Shown here piece by piece: positions 43,666 to 52,956 of a stretch of 64,000 nt of DNA (positions are counted from its first letter, which is position 1; each line of letters opens with the position of its first letter). Both the position numbers and the translations under genes were made by a program. Under the pieces are notes generated by a model, which did no database searches, was not told where the DNA came from, and saw nothing but the letters and a program-made list of their open reading frames with translations. The DNA is from a virus, in IMG/VR virus record IMGVR_UViG_3300045988_133735, one strand, 5' to 3'.

Positions 43666-44901
43666 ATGTACGTTACTTATTGGAATCCGCCGAGAACAAG
43701 GCAGATTACGTTTGATGAAATCCTTAGTGGAGTCGTTGACGTGAACCAGTTGAAATATGCTGGCGATGAAACTTCTACTCGAACTGTACAGCGTAATGGG
43801 TTGAATGATCGTCTCGTAGCAATTACAAACGTTACCAATATGATTGCACGGCTCGCGGAATTCAATCAGAAATACGCTCGTCTTGAAGCAGTACGTGACC
43901 TGTCGACGTATTACTATCACTTTGAAATCCCTAAGAAGACCGGCGGCTTTCGTCCAATTGATGCACCGACTAATGAATTGAGCGATGCGTTGGTTGAGTT
44001 GCGGACGCTGTTAAAAAGTTTCATGATTGCTGATTATCACACGGCAGCACACGCATATATCAACGGGCGCGGCACTCTAAGTGCAATTAAAAAGCATCAG
44101 GCAGGGCACAGATATACAGTAAAAGATCGTGAGACTGGGAAAGAAAAGATCGTCACCTATGAAAATAACTGGGCTGTCAAGTTTGACTTTCATGGATTCT
44201 TCCCGAGCTCCACTCCTGAGTTTATCTACGGTATGTTCAGAAAGATTTATCCGTTTTCTCTCATTATGAAGGATCGAAATGGATACAACCAGCTGACTAA
44301 AGCGATGCGTCTGTGCTTCTTGAACGGCGGTCTTCCGCAGGGAACACCAATCAGTCCGTGGATCACGAACGTTATGATGATCCCGTTTGATTATATGTTA
44401 AACAAGAAGCTTTCTTACAAATATACCATGAAAGACGGCATTTCTCGCACTTTTACATACACCAGATATGCAGACGATATCACCATCAGCTGCTATTTGA
44501 GTTTTGACCCGATGGAAATGCAGGATATTATCAAAGAGACGTTGGATGCAATCAATGCTCCGTTTACTTTGAATGAAGAAAAAACGCATTATGGTAATCG
44601 GCATTCGAGCGAAAACTGGATGCTCGGTCTGATGTGGAACGCCAATAACGATATCACAGTCGGATGGCGCAATTTTAAGGACTTCAAGAAGATGGCATCT
44701 AATTACATCGTCTGCAAGAAAGAAGGAAAAACGTGGGATCTTGAAGACCTGCAGCAGTTTAATGGCAGGTTGAATTACTACCGTATGGTAGAAAAAGAAG
44801 CGGTCGACACAGTGATCTCTCGGTACAACGAAAAATATCGTGTTGATATGATGGCAATGCTCAAAGCTGACTTAAAACCAAAAGAAGGAGTTGTTTTCTA
44901 A
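43666..44901 (+). CDS. reverse transcriptase, retron/retron-like type
   Basis: 411 aa with the RT motifs IPKKTGGFRPIDAP, KFDFHGFFPSS, GGLPQGTPISPWITN and YTRYADDITISC, plus the thumb-like WMLGLMWN. Confidence 0.8.
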   Translation: MYVTYWNPPRTRQITFDEILSGVVDVNQLKYAGDETSTRTVQRNGLNDRLVAITNVTNMIARLAEFNQKYARLEAVRDLSTYYYHFEIPKKTGGFRPIDAPTNELSDALVELRTLLKSFMIADYHTAAHAYINGRGTLSAIKKHQAGHRYTVKDRETGKEKIVTYENNWAVKFDFHGFFPSSTPEFIYGMFRKIYPFSLIMKDRNGYNQLTKAMRLCFLNGGLPQGTPISPWITNVMMIPFDYMLNKKLSYKYTMKDGISRTFTYTRYADDITISCYLSFDPMEMQDIIKETLDAINAPFTLNEEKTHYGNRHSSENWMLGLMWNANNDITVGWRNFKDFKKMASNYIVCKKEGKTWDLEDLQQFNGRLNYYRMVEKEAVDTVISRYNEKYRVDMMAMLKADLKPKEGVVF

Positions 44902-45239
44902 TGATTGAAATGATGTGTAGAGATGGCGGCACTCCAGTTGAATTGCTCGATCAAGCGGCAAGTGTCGTAGAGGAATCCATCGGGTGTCCAGTTGACCTGT
45001 TGGATATCGACGACCACAGAGCAATGGTCTATTGGGGGCCGTCTGATGTTGCAAGCGCAATCAAGGAGCTTGGCATCAAAGAAATCGATGCAGAGGATAT
45101 GAGCTTATGTGCAGATCTCTTGTGCGATTTTGAAGTGAATATTCATCAGGCAATGCTTGAGGCCGGACACGACGCTCTACAGAGCTGTTTGGAATGTCTT
45201 GTTGATGAACTGCGAAAACAGGACAAAGAATCCAAGTAA
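44901..45239 (+). CDS. small acidic protein translationally coupled to the RT
   Basis: 112 aa with a TAATG overlap with the RT stop. Confidence 0.5.
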   Translation: MIEMMCRDGGTPVELLDQAASVVEESIGCPVDLLDIDDHRAMVYWGPSDVASAIKELGIKEIDAEDMSLCADLLCDFEVNIHQAMLEAGHDALQSCLECLVDELRKQDKESK

Positions 45240-45250
45240 TTATATATTGT

Positions 45251-45580
45251 AATCTCTTTTGAATATCGGGCGTTTTACGTCGCGAGCTGCCGGATGACCG
45301 ACAGTTATGAAGAATACCATAGCACGCTCATACGGGCTCCATGGGCTGCCTGAGTTGGCAGCCTCGCCCTCCTGAGCTATGGATCAAATTAGTTCGCAAG
45401 GGCGGAGTCTCCGTTCTGCAGCCTAATCCCAGCAGAGCTGGAGATCGCGGCTGCAATCGCTGCGACTCATTGGCCATCAGAACATTTACTCGACAATGCT
45501 TCCGGGATCAAAGATCCCTCCAAATTATCTCGCAAATGTTCTTCTAGCCAAACTGTTACTCACAATTTAGAAAAGAGATT
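45251..45580 (+). ncRNA. retron-like structured element X3 (paralogue)
   Basis: Closed by the 10-nt inverted repeat AATCTCTTTT (45251-45260) / AAAAGAGATT (45571-45580). Contains GAATATC, the hairpin CTGCCGGATGACCGACAG (45287-45304), and AATTTAGA before the right repeat. Confidence 0.4.
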
Positions 45581-45584
45581 GATT

Positions 45585-45845
45585 ATGGATTACAAATATA
45601 AAATTGGACAAAAAGTACGAATTCGGAAAGACTTGACAGCCGGCGCAGAATATCCAATGCAAAGCGGAAGTCGTTGCGGTTGGGGCCCGGGAGTAGCTGA
45701 GGATATGGAAAAATACCGAGGGCAGATTATGACAATTGATTATATTAAAGGCTATTATACCCTCTGCGAAGATAATAGATCGTGGTCGTGGAGCGACACA
45801 ATGTTCGAAACACAAAAGCGGCTTACATGTAAAAGTCTTTTGTAA
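45585..45845 (+). CDS. small beta-rich paralogue with C-terminal tail (CKSLL)
   Basis: MDYKYKIGQKVRIRKDL...WSWSDTMFE...QKRLTCKSLL-stop. Confidence 0.6.
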   Translation: MDYKYKIGQKVRIRKDLTAGAEYPMQSGSRCGWGPGVAEDMEKYRGQIMTIDYIKGYYTLCEDNRSWSWSDTMFETQKRLTCKSLL

Positions 45846-45859
45846 AGGAGTGAATTTTA

Positions 45860-46675
45860 ATGGCAGAAACCGCAAAGAAAGTGGCACAAAAAACCATTCT
45901 TTTCCCAGTTGAAGATCGGCCTGCAAAACTCGTCGTTACAGAGGACGATATTGAACGAATTATTCAGCAGGCCGTTAAAAGTGCCACTGCAACGAAAAAA
46001 GCACGGAAACCTCGTCGGACGGATAGTCTTTATCTCAAGGATGGGCGCAGAAAGCCAACCCCGGCAGATCCCATCAAGTCAAAGGAAGATTTCAAGAAGA
46101 TTGTTGATTACCTTGGGTCTAACGGACCTGAAGAAATCGCGCTTAGAAATAAAACGATGTTCATTCTCGGTTGTTCAATTGGTGTTCGATGCGGCGATTT
46201 GTTGAAGCTTAAAACGGCTGATGTTTATTATGAGAACGCTCATGTAAAAGATCATGTTGAACTGATCGAGCAGAAGACCGGCAAGCGAAACGTGTGTAAG
46301 ATTTCTCATATGGCAAAAGAAGCTTTAAGAGAATATTATCAGGCAATTGGTTTTCGAATTGACCGTGACACGCTTCTTTTTCAGAGCAAGAAAGGTGGAC
46401 AGCTTAACGTTAGATCGGTGAGCAACCTTTTGAAGAAAGCTGGTAAGGCGTGTGGTTTAAATATTGAGTTATCTACTCATAGTATGCGTAAAACTTATGC
46501 CATGGCAGCATTACAAAGCGCTGAGGGTACAGTTGATGGAGCGAACATCTTGAATATTCTCCAAACAAAATTTAATCACAGCGACCAGCGTATTACGATG
46601 AGATATATCAAAATGGATCAAGAAAAACTTGATGAAGTCTCTGAAAATGTTTCTGACTGGTTTGAAGGAGAATGA
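45860..46675 (+). CDS. tyrosine recombinase / phage integrase family
   Basis: 271 aa with Arg in GVRCGDL, HxxR in THSMRKT, and the catalytic Tyr context ITMRYIK. Confidence 0.7.
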   Translation: MAETAKKVAQKTILFPVEDRPAKLVVTEDDIERIIQQAVKSATATKKARKPRRTDSLYLKDGRRKPTPADPIKSKEDFKKIVDYLGSNGPEEIALRNKTMFILGCSIGVRCGDLLKLKTADVYYENAHVKDHVELIEQKTGKRNVCKISHMAKEALREYYQAIGFRIDRDTLLFQSKKGGQLNVRSVSNLLKKAGKACGLNIELSTHSMRKTYAMAALQSAEGTVDGANILNILQTKFNHSDQRITMRYIKMDQEKLDEVSENVSDWFEGE

Positions 46676-46678
46676 ACT

Positions 46679-46951
46679 ATGAACTATAAGTTTAAACCCG
46701 GAGATAAAGTAACAGTTAGAAAAGATTTATCAGATCGTAAAATATACAAGATGTTGTCAGGAGAAACTCCATATGATGACATTATTGCTATTCATTCTAT
46801 GGAAAATCTTCGAGGGAAACAAGTAACAATCGAGAGTTATGATTGTTGTGGGAATGTAATGTGTTACAGGGTAAAAGAAAGCTCCAGATATTGGACAGAT
46901 GAAATGTTCGAAGAATCTAAAAAACCGTTTACATGTAAAAGTTTATTATGA
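46679..46951 (+). CDS. small beta-rich paralogue with C-terminal tail (CKSLL)
   Basis: MNYKFKPGDKVTVRKDL...YWTDEMFE...KKPFTCKSLL-stop. Confidence 0.6.
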   Translation: MNYKFKPGDKVTVRKDLSDRKIYKMLSGETPYDDIIAIHSMENLRGKQVTIESYDCCGNVMCYRVKESSRYWTDEMFEESKKPFTCKSLL

Positions 46952-46967
46952 AAAGAGGTAAGAGAAC

Positions 46968-47252
46968 GTGTCGAAAAGCAAGTACAAATATAAGAATGAA
47001 GAAGCAGTTCGCGTCAGGGAAGATCTTCAATCTGGAACAGTTTATTACATGAGATCCGGTCCAGAACCGGATACCAATGGTGTGGAGACATCATGGAGTG
47101 GACGTGGGCAAGTAGGTTATCGTGGACAAATTGTACATATTTCTCACAAGGCAAACGGTCGATACAAAATTCTTGAAGACGGAAAAACATATTATTACAC
47201 AGATGAAATGTTTGATCGTCCAAAGAACTTAATTTGCAAAAGTTTGTTGTGA
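46968..47252 (+). CDS. small beta-rich paralogue with C-terminal tail (CKSLL)
   Basis: GTG start. ..AVRVREDL...YYTDEMFD..PKNLICKSLL-stop. Confidence 0.6.
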   Translation: MSKSKYKYKNEEAVRVREDLQSGTVYYMRSGPEPDTNGVETSWSGRGQVGYRGQIVHISHKANGRYKILEDGKTYYYTDEMFDRPKNLICKSLL

Positions 47253-47261
47253 GGGTTTGAA

Positions 47262-47519
47262 ATGGAATACAAGTATAAACCCGGCGACAAAGTTAGAGTC
47301 CGCCCAGATCTTCATGAGTCCGGAAGTTACAAAATGGTAAGTGGAACAAGACGAGGATTTAGCCCCGGAGTTAATAGTGCTATGTGTAGTTACGCTGGTA
47401 AGATTGCAACGGTTTCACATTGCTACATTACATATGTTTTAGAAGGATTCGGTAATTGGTCGTGGAGTGATGAAATGCTTGAGCCGGCTAAACCGCTTTG
47501 TTGCAAATCATTGTTGTGA
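47262..47519 (+). CDS. small beta-rich paralogue with C-terminal tail (CKSLL)
   Basis: MEYKYKPGDKVRVRPDL...WSWSDEMLE..AKPLCCKSLL-stop. Confidence 0.6.
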   Translation: MEYKYKPGDKVRVRPDLHESGSYKMVSGTRRGFSPGVNSAMCSYAGKIATVSHCYITYVLEGFGNWSWSDEMLEPAKPLCCKSLL

Positions 47520-47528
47520 GGTGATTGT

Positions 47529-47807
47529 ATGAATGAAATCTGGTGCGTGATTGAATGCAGTTCAGATGGCGAAATCTTTCAGCCTGATTTTTTTACTTCA
47601 AAGGAAGAAGCGGCTGCATTTATTGAGGAAGAGACAAAAGAATGTCTTTTCAATATGGCAGATTTACCCGGGGCTGATAGAATGACCGATATCGTTGACG
47701 GGGAACCGACTGGCGAGGTATGGACGGATAAATACAGTTGGGTTTGGCATAGTTTTGAAGTTACAAATAAAATTGAAAAATTAAAGGAGAATAATAACAA
47801 TGTCTGA
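47529..47807 (+). CDS. hypothetical acidic protein
   Basis: 92 aa. Confidence 0.5.
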   Translation: MNEIWCVIECSSDGEIFQPDFFTSKEEAAAFIEEETKECLFNMADLPGADRMTDIVDGEPTGEVWTDKYSWVWHSFEVTNKIEKLKENNNNV

Positions 47808-49872
47808 TTTCAAGAAATTTCGTGCGCTGCTGCAGGACCACTTCAATGAGATGGTGAAGAGTGAGAATCCACTGTTTGTCACTGACGCTGATGAGGATGA
47901 ACTGTACAATCTGTATCTTGACAGCTTCCCGGCTGGCACGAATGAGCTGTTCCGTAAGCGTCGTGAGTATGACTGTTCCTGCTGCCGCCGTTTTGTAAAG
48001 AATATCGGCAAGCTGGTGGCGTTTGACAAGAATTATAATTTGATTTCCATCTGGGATTTCGATGCAAAGTCTGCCAAATATCAGCCTGTTGTTGATGCAC
48101 TGGCCGCCTATGTAAAGAGCCGCGCCATTGTGAATCCGTACTTTGTCAGTCGCAATATGATCGGTTCTGGGGACATGTTCGGCACCGAGATGAACTACGA
48201 GTACGATGAAAACCACAAGGATGTGCATACTTGGGATCATTTCGCAGTCAAGATTCCGCAGCGTTTTATTACCAGTGGAGATGACGTGGCTACCAAGATG
48301 GCACAGTGGCGTGACTCCGCAAACGTGTTCAAGCGTTCTCTGGAAGAGCTAACCATGGAGGCTGTTGATACTGTGCTGGAGCTGATTGCGCAGAATAGCC
48401 TGTATCGCGGCAAGGAGTTTGAGCGGTCTGTAAAGGAGTTTAAGCACGATAAGATTGATTATGACAAACTGTCTGTTAATGAAAAGGTTGCCTTTGTATG
48501 GCTTGCTCCTACATATGCTACGGCAGCGCAGCTTCGCATTCGTAACACCGCTATCGGCACCCTTCTTATCAATTTGAGCGAAGGTATGGATGTGGATTCT
48601 GCCGTTACTGCCTTTGAGAAGGTAGTTGCTCCTGCAAACTATAAGCGTCCAAAGGCGATTTTCACCAAGAAGATGCTGGAAGATGCACAGAAGACTGTCA
48701 CCGAGCTGGGTTATATGAGCAGTCTGGGCCGTCGGTTTGCTACTCTGGACGATATCACCGCCAATAATATCTTGTTCTGCAACCGTGATGCTGCTCCTCG
48801 TGTGCTTGGCGCTATGAATCCGTTTGAAGCAATGGCTAAGACTGTTGCGATTGACCCCAAGAAGTTCGGCCGCGCAGAGGAAATCAGCATTGATAAATTC
48901 ATTAAAAATGTGCTGCCGACTGCGACTGGGCTGGAACTGTTCATGGAGAATCGTTTCGAGAAGAATATGATGTCTCTGATTGCTCCGCAGGATAAAAATG
49001 CGCCGTCTATGTTCAAGTGGGCAAATGGCTTCAGTTGGGCGTATGCCGGCAATATGGCAGACAGCGATATTCGCGAAAATGTTAAGGCTGCTGGCGGCAA
49101 GGTCGATGGTGTGCTGCGTTTTTCTATTCAGTGGAACGATAAGCCGGGCGAGTGGGATGAAAACGATGAGGATGCTCATTGCATTGAACCCGATAAGAAT
49201 CATATCTATTTCAGCAACAAGTGGCACCCTCGTACTGATGGCCGCCTGGATGTTGATATCATTCATCCTAATCATGGTAAAGCTGCGGTCGAGAATATTA
49301 CATGGCCTGACATCGAAAGGATGAAGGAAGGTGAGTACAGCTTCTATGTGAACTGTTTTACTAGTCGTGGAGGTAAAACTGGTTTCCGTGCTGAGATCGA
49401 ATTCGATGGCAACATCTACTCGTTTAACTATGATAAGCCGCTGCATCAGGGTCAGAATGTCTCCGTGGCAAAAGTCACGCTGAAGGATGGCAAGTTCTCT
49501 ATCAAGGAGCTGCTGCCCAGTTCTACCAGTACCCGCGAGATCTGGGGTGTGAACTCCAATCAGTTTGTGCCTGTTTCTGTGGCAATGTATTCTCCGAACT
49601 ACTGGGATGAGCAGACTGGTAATGGCAACCGCCACTACTTCTTTATGCTCAAGGATTGCGTCAACCCTGAAAAACCCAATGGCTTCTACAATGAATTTCT
49701 GAAGGCGGAACTGTTACAGCATAAGCGAGTATTTGAGGCTCTCGGTTCTCAGATGGCAGTCCAGTCAGTAGATGACCAGTTGTCTGGCGTTGGATTCTCT
49801 GAGACGAAGCATGATTCCTTCATTGTTAAGGTGCAGGGAGCTACTGAGCGAGTTCTGAAAGTGGTGATTTAA
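47800..49872 (+). CDS. large hypothetical protein
   Basis: 690-aa uninterrupted ORF. No motif I can assign. It is followed by a tail paralogue, a coiled-coil protein and an AAA+ ATPase. Confidence 0.6.
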   Translation: MSDFKKFRALLQDHFNEMVKSENPLFVTDADEDELYNLYLDSFPAGTNELFRKRREYDCSCCRRFVKNIGKLVAFDKNYNLISIWDFDAKSAKYQPVVDALAAYVKSRAIVNPYFVSRNMIGSGDMFGTEMNYEYDENHKDVHTWDHFAVKIPQRFITSGDDVATKMAQWRDSANVFKRSLEELTMEAVDTVLELIAQNSLYRGKEFERSVKEFKHDKIDYDKLSVNEKVAFVWLAPTYATAAQLRIRNTAIGTLLINLSEGMDVDSAVTAFEKVVAPANYKRPKAIFTKKMLEDAQKTVTELGYMSSLGRRFATLDDITANNILFCNRDAAPRVLGAMNPFEAMAKTVAIDPKKFGRAEEISIDKFIKNVLPTATGLELFMENRFEKNMMSLIAPQDKNAPSMFKWANGFSWAYAGNMADSDIRENVKAAGGKVDGVLRFSIQWNDKPGEWDENDEDAHCIEPDKNHIYFSNKWHPRTDGRLDVDIIHPNHGKAAVENITWPDIERMKEGEYSFYVNCFTSRGGKTGFRAEIEFDGNIYSFNYDKPLHQGQNVSVAKVTLKDGKFSIKELLPSSTSTREIWGVNSNQFVPVSVAMYSPNYWDEQTGNGNRHYFFMLKDCVNPEKPNGFYNEFLKAELLQHKRVFEALGSQMAVQSVDDQLSGVGFSETKHDSFIVKVQGATERVLKVVI

Positions 49873-50144
49873 TGGCTCGTTACAAAGTTGGGGACAAAGT
49901 GCGCTTAATCGATAATTTTGTGCAATATAAAGAGTATTTTATGCGAGATCGGAATAACAATCCCGGATATACTATAACAGTCAAGTGGTCATTAGAAGAA
50001 AGAATGGAACTTGCTGGAAAAATTGTGACGATTTCTGAAGTCGGAGAATACTACCGAATCGAAGAAGACGACTATCGTAAACATTGGACTGATGATATGT
50101 TTGTTGGCACGGCAAAATGTTTTGTTTGTCGGTCATTACTGTAA
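49872..50144 (+). CDS. small beta-rich paralogue with C-terminal tail (CRSLL)
   Basis: MARYKVGDKVRLIDNF...HWTDDMFV..AKCFVCRSLL-stop. Confidence 0.6.
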   Translation: MARYKVGDKVRLIDNFVQYKEYFMRDRNNNPGYTITVKWSLEERMELAGKIVTISEVGEYYRIEEDDYRKHWTDDMFVGTAKCFVCRSLL

Positions 50145-50163
50145 TTTGTAAAGGAGAAATATT

Positions 50164-50547
50164 ATGGAAAAGAATCTGTTCGAAATCGCAACTCGTAATC
50201 GCTACCGCTTCACCTACAAGGGTGTCATGACTGTTGAGGATCTGTGGGACCTGAATGTTGAGGCTCTGGATGCAATCTTTAAGACTCTGAATCGCCAGAA
50301 GAAGACTGCCGACGAGGATTCTTTGCTGGCTGTCAAGAGCGCCGAAGATACCGAACTGGCAAATAAGATCGAGCTGGTGAAGTATATCGTATCTGTTAAG
50401 CTGGCTGAGTCCGAGGCACGTGTGAATGCTGCCGAGAAGAAGGCGCAGCGTGATAAGATTATGAAGATCGTGGCAAAGAAGAAGGACAAGGAGCTGGAAG
50501 ACATGGATGTTGAGCAGCTGATGAAGAAGCTGGAAGAGCTGAACTGA
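50164..50547 (+). CDS. coiled-coil protein
   Basis: 127 aa, Lys/Glu-rich with heptad-like character. Confidence 0.5.
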   Translation: MEKNLFEIATRNRYRFTYKGVMTVEDLWDLNVEALDAIFKTLNRQKKTADEDSLLAVKSAEDTELANKIELVKYIVSVKLAESEARVNAAEKKAQRDKIMKIVAKKKDKELEDMDVEQLMKKLEELN

Positions 50548-50564
50548 GAAGGGAAGTATCAAAA

Positions 50565-51668
50565 ATGAAAGTTGTTGAAAGCGCAAGCAATCTGTTCCTG
50601 TATGGCGACGATATGAAGGCGTATGACAAGATCCCGGCGGGTACCTATGATATCCACTGTTCTGAGATGACCGGTTTCTATCTGTCCCGCCGCCCTGATA
50701 TGGTCATCAACGAAAAGGTGTATGGTGTCCAGAGTGGCAAGGTTGCTAAAGTGCTGAATTCGTTCAAAGCGTTCAACCGCAACTTGGGTGTCATCCTCAG
50801 CGGCAATAAAGGCATCGGTAAATCTCTGACCGCTAAGATGATTGCAATCGAGGCCATCAAACAGGGCTATCCTGTCATTCTGGCTAACCGCTATATCGGC
50901 GGTATCGCCAATTTCATTGAATCCATCAATCAGGAAGTTATGATCCTGTTTGACGAGTTTGATAAGACCTTCAAGTCCCGGGACAATGAAAATCCGCAGG
51001 ATACGATGCTGAGTCTGTTTGATGGCACCAGCGCGGGCAAAAAGCTCTTCGTTGTCACCTGTAACCAGCTCAATGGCCTGAACGATTATCTGGTCAACCG
51101 TCCCGGTCGCTTCCACTATCACTTCCGCTTCGATTACCCGGGCGCCGACGAGGTCGAAACCTATCTCAAAGATAAGCTCGAAGAGAAGTATTACGATCAG
51201 ATCCCAGCTGTGGTCGATTTTTCTGGCAAGATCGATCTGAACTACGACTGCTTGCGGTCTATTGCCTTTGAATTGAATCTGGGCACTCCATTCGCAGAGG
51301 CCATCAAGGATCTGAATATCATCAATATGAACGAGACCAGTTACAAGATCACTGTTCTATTCAAGGATGGTTACCGTACATCCTGCACCAAGCGTTTTGA
51401 TATGTTCAATGGTGCACAGCGTATCTATTTTGAGATCAAGCTGAAGGATGGCTTCTGGCCTGATTGCTACATCAACACCGAGGATATCCAGTATAACCCC
51501 GCCAACGGCGAGCAGTTCATTGATGGCAAGAAGGTTGATGTGGTCAATCCGTATTCCAAGAACGTAGAGGATGAAAAAGATCGCTATGAAGCCTTTGAAA
51601 AGGATAATGGCGTGGCAAAGGTCATCATTTCTCGTGCTCGTGAAAGAGACATTCACTACATGGTCTAA
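50565..51668 (+). CDS. AAA+ ATPase (MoxR/CobS-like)
   Basis: 367 aa with Walker A SGNKGIGKS and Walker B VMILFDEFDK. Confidence 0.65.
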   Translation: MKVVESASNLFLYGDDMKAYDKIPAGTYDIHCSEMTGFYLSRRPDMVINEKVYGVQSGKVAKVLNSFKAFNRNLGVILSGNKGIGKSLTAKMIAIEAIKQGYPVILANRYIGGIANFIESINQEVMILFDEFDKTFKSRDNENPQDTMLSLFDGTSAGKKLFVVTCNQLNGLNDYLVNRPGRFHYHFRFDYPGADEVETYLKDKLEEKYYDQIPAVVDFSGKIDLNYDCLRSIAFELNLGTPFAEAIKDLNIINMNETSYKITVLFKDGYRTSCTKRFDMFNGAQRIYFEIKLKDGFWPDCYINTEDIQYNPANGEQFIDGKKVDVVNPYSKNVEDEKDRYEAFEKDNGVAKVIISRARERDIHYMV

Positions 51669-51679
51669 GGAGGCTCAAT

Positions 51680-52507
51680 ATGGTCAAAGCAAATTATTAT
51701 GAAATCAGTTCTTTCCCTGATGGCACTCCGCTGATTAAGAAGGATAAAGCTATCAATTATCTCAATGCGATCAATATCGTCTGGACGTTTGAATCCATGG
51801 CAGAGCTCCCCACAGTCATTATGATCGCAAAGGACGCAAAGGATAACGGGGCAGAAGTCGAGCTGTTTATGCCGTATATTCCGAACGCTCGTATGGATCG
51901 CGCTTATCACGATGAGGATGTGTTTACTCTCAAGTGGTTTGCCGATGAGATCAATCGGTGCGGATTTAACCGCGTTGTTGTATTTGATCCTCACAGCGAT
52001 GTGGCTCCGGCTCTGATCGATCGTTGTGAAGTACACACTCCGATTCGTGAGATTTGTCAGGCAATCGAAAAAAGTAAGCCTGATGTGGTCTATTTCCCAG
52101 ATGCCGGCGCAATGAAACGGTATGAGGAAACTGTTCACTGGGCACTCGATCGTGTCGGTTGTAAGGCTTATATCATTCACGGAGACAAGAAGCGTGACTG
52201 GAAGACCGGAAAGATTCTCGGCTTGGATGTCACCGGTTATCCTCCCAAGGGCGGCAAGGTTCTGATGATTGACGATATTTGTTCTTACGGTGGTACCATG
52301 TACTACTCAGCCAAAAAGCTGAAGGAACTAGGTGCTGGTGATATCGATATGTACGTCAGTCATTGCGAGAACAGCATTCTGGATAAGGAACGCGGTCATT
52401 TGTTTGACGACCCGGAGCTGATCCATACGATTTTCACGACTAACAGTATTTTTACTGGTCATCACGAAAAGATTCATGTGTTGGAACCCCGTTGGGACGA
52501 GGACTGA
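51680..52507 (+). CDS. ribose-phosphate pyrophosphokinase (Prs)-family enzyme; candidate ADPR-pyrophosphate synthetase (NARP1 Adps-like)
   Basis: 275 aa with SFPDGT (compare FSDGE), PYIPNARMDR (compare PYxxYARQDR) and the PRT loop VLMIDDICSYGGT. A NAMPT-family gene lies 0.7 kb downstream. Confidence 0.65.
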   Translation: MVKANYYEISSFPDGTPLIKKDKAINYLNAINIVWTFESMAELPTVIMIAKDAKDNGAEVELFMPYIPNARMDRAYHDEDVFTLKWFADEINRCGFNRVVVFDPHSDVAPALIDRCEVHTPIREICQAIEKSKPDVVYFPDAGAMKRYEETVHWALDRVGCKAYIIHGDKKRDWKTGKILGLDVTGYPPKGGKVLMIDDICSYGGTMYYSAKKLKELGAGDIDMYVSHCENSILDKERGHLFDDPELIHTIFTTNSIFTGHHEKIHVLEPRWDED

Positions 52508-52508
52508 T

Positions 52509-52955
52509 ATGGATATTTGGGAACTAGATATCTCGTTTTATACCGATGGAGATTTTGGTTGGAATTTTGCCCAAATCGATATGAAGTGTGATCATTATCG
52601 AGAATCATATTCGCTGCATATTTATCGTGAAATCAATGAAAATCAAACTGAAGCATGTGTAAAAGATGAATTCTATTCAATCTTAGATTTCCTAATCGAT
52701 AATGTCCATGGAAAGGACTATGCAGTTAAGTATGTAAAGGATTCTATCTATGATGCTTTCTGTGATGTTGGTGAGCGCAATTATCATAAAGAATTATCCG
52801 GGAATTATGATGGATCACATATTGATTTTAAAATTCATTCACCAAAGGATAAGCGCACTTTTAAAATCGAATGTACGGCTGATGAACTTGAAAAGATTCA
52901 AGACAGGTATCTTGGAGATTGTCATGAGATGGTAAAGAAACTTCTGGAGGACTGA
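52509..52955 (+). CDS. hypothetical protein
   Basis: The start is taken at MDIWELD, 1 nt after the upstream TGA stop (GACTGATATGG). Confidence 0.5.
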   Translation: MDIWELDISFYTDGDFGWNFAQIDMKCDHYRESYSLHIYREINENQTEACVKDEFYSILDFLIDNVHGKDYAVKYVKDSIYDAFCDVGERNYHKELSGNYDGSHIDFKIHSPKDKRTFKIECTADELEKIQDRYLGDCHEMVKKLLED

Positions 52956-52956
52956 T

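Noticed and set aside
43666-44901. Diversity-generating retroelement (DGR)
   Set aside because: The RT motifs are LPQGxPxSP and YADD rather than the DGR-type IGNxxSQ. I found no template/variable repeat pair (a long near-identical repeat differing at adenines) in the window. Only the short X hairpins repeat.
43386-45580. Group II intron (RT ORF in domain IV)
   Set aside because: I see no GUGYG 5' end and no recognisable domain V or VI. The RT lacks a maturase (X) or En extension. The flanking genes are not split exons.
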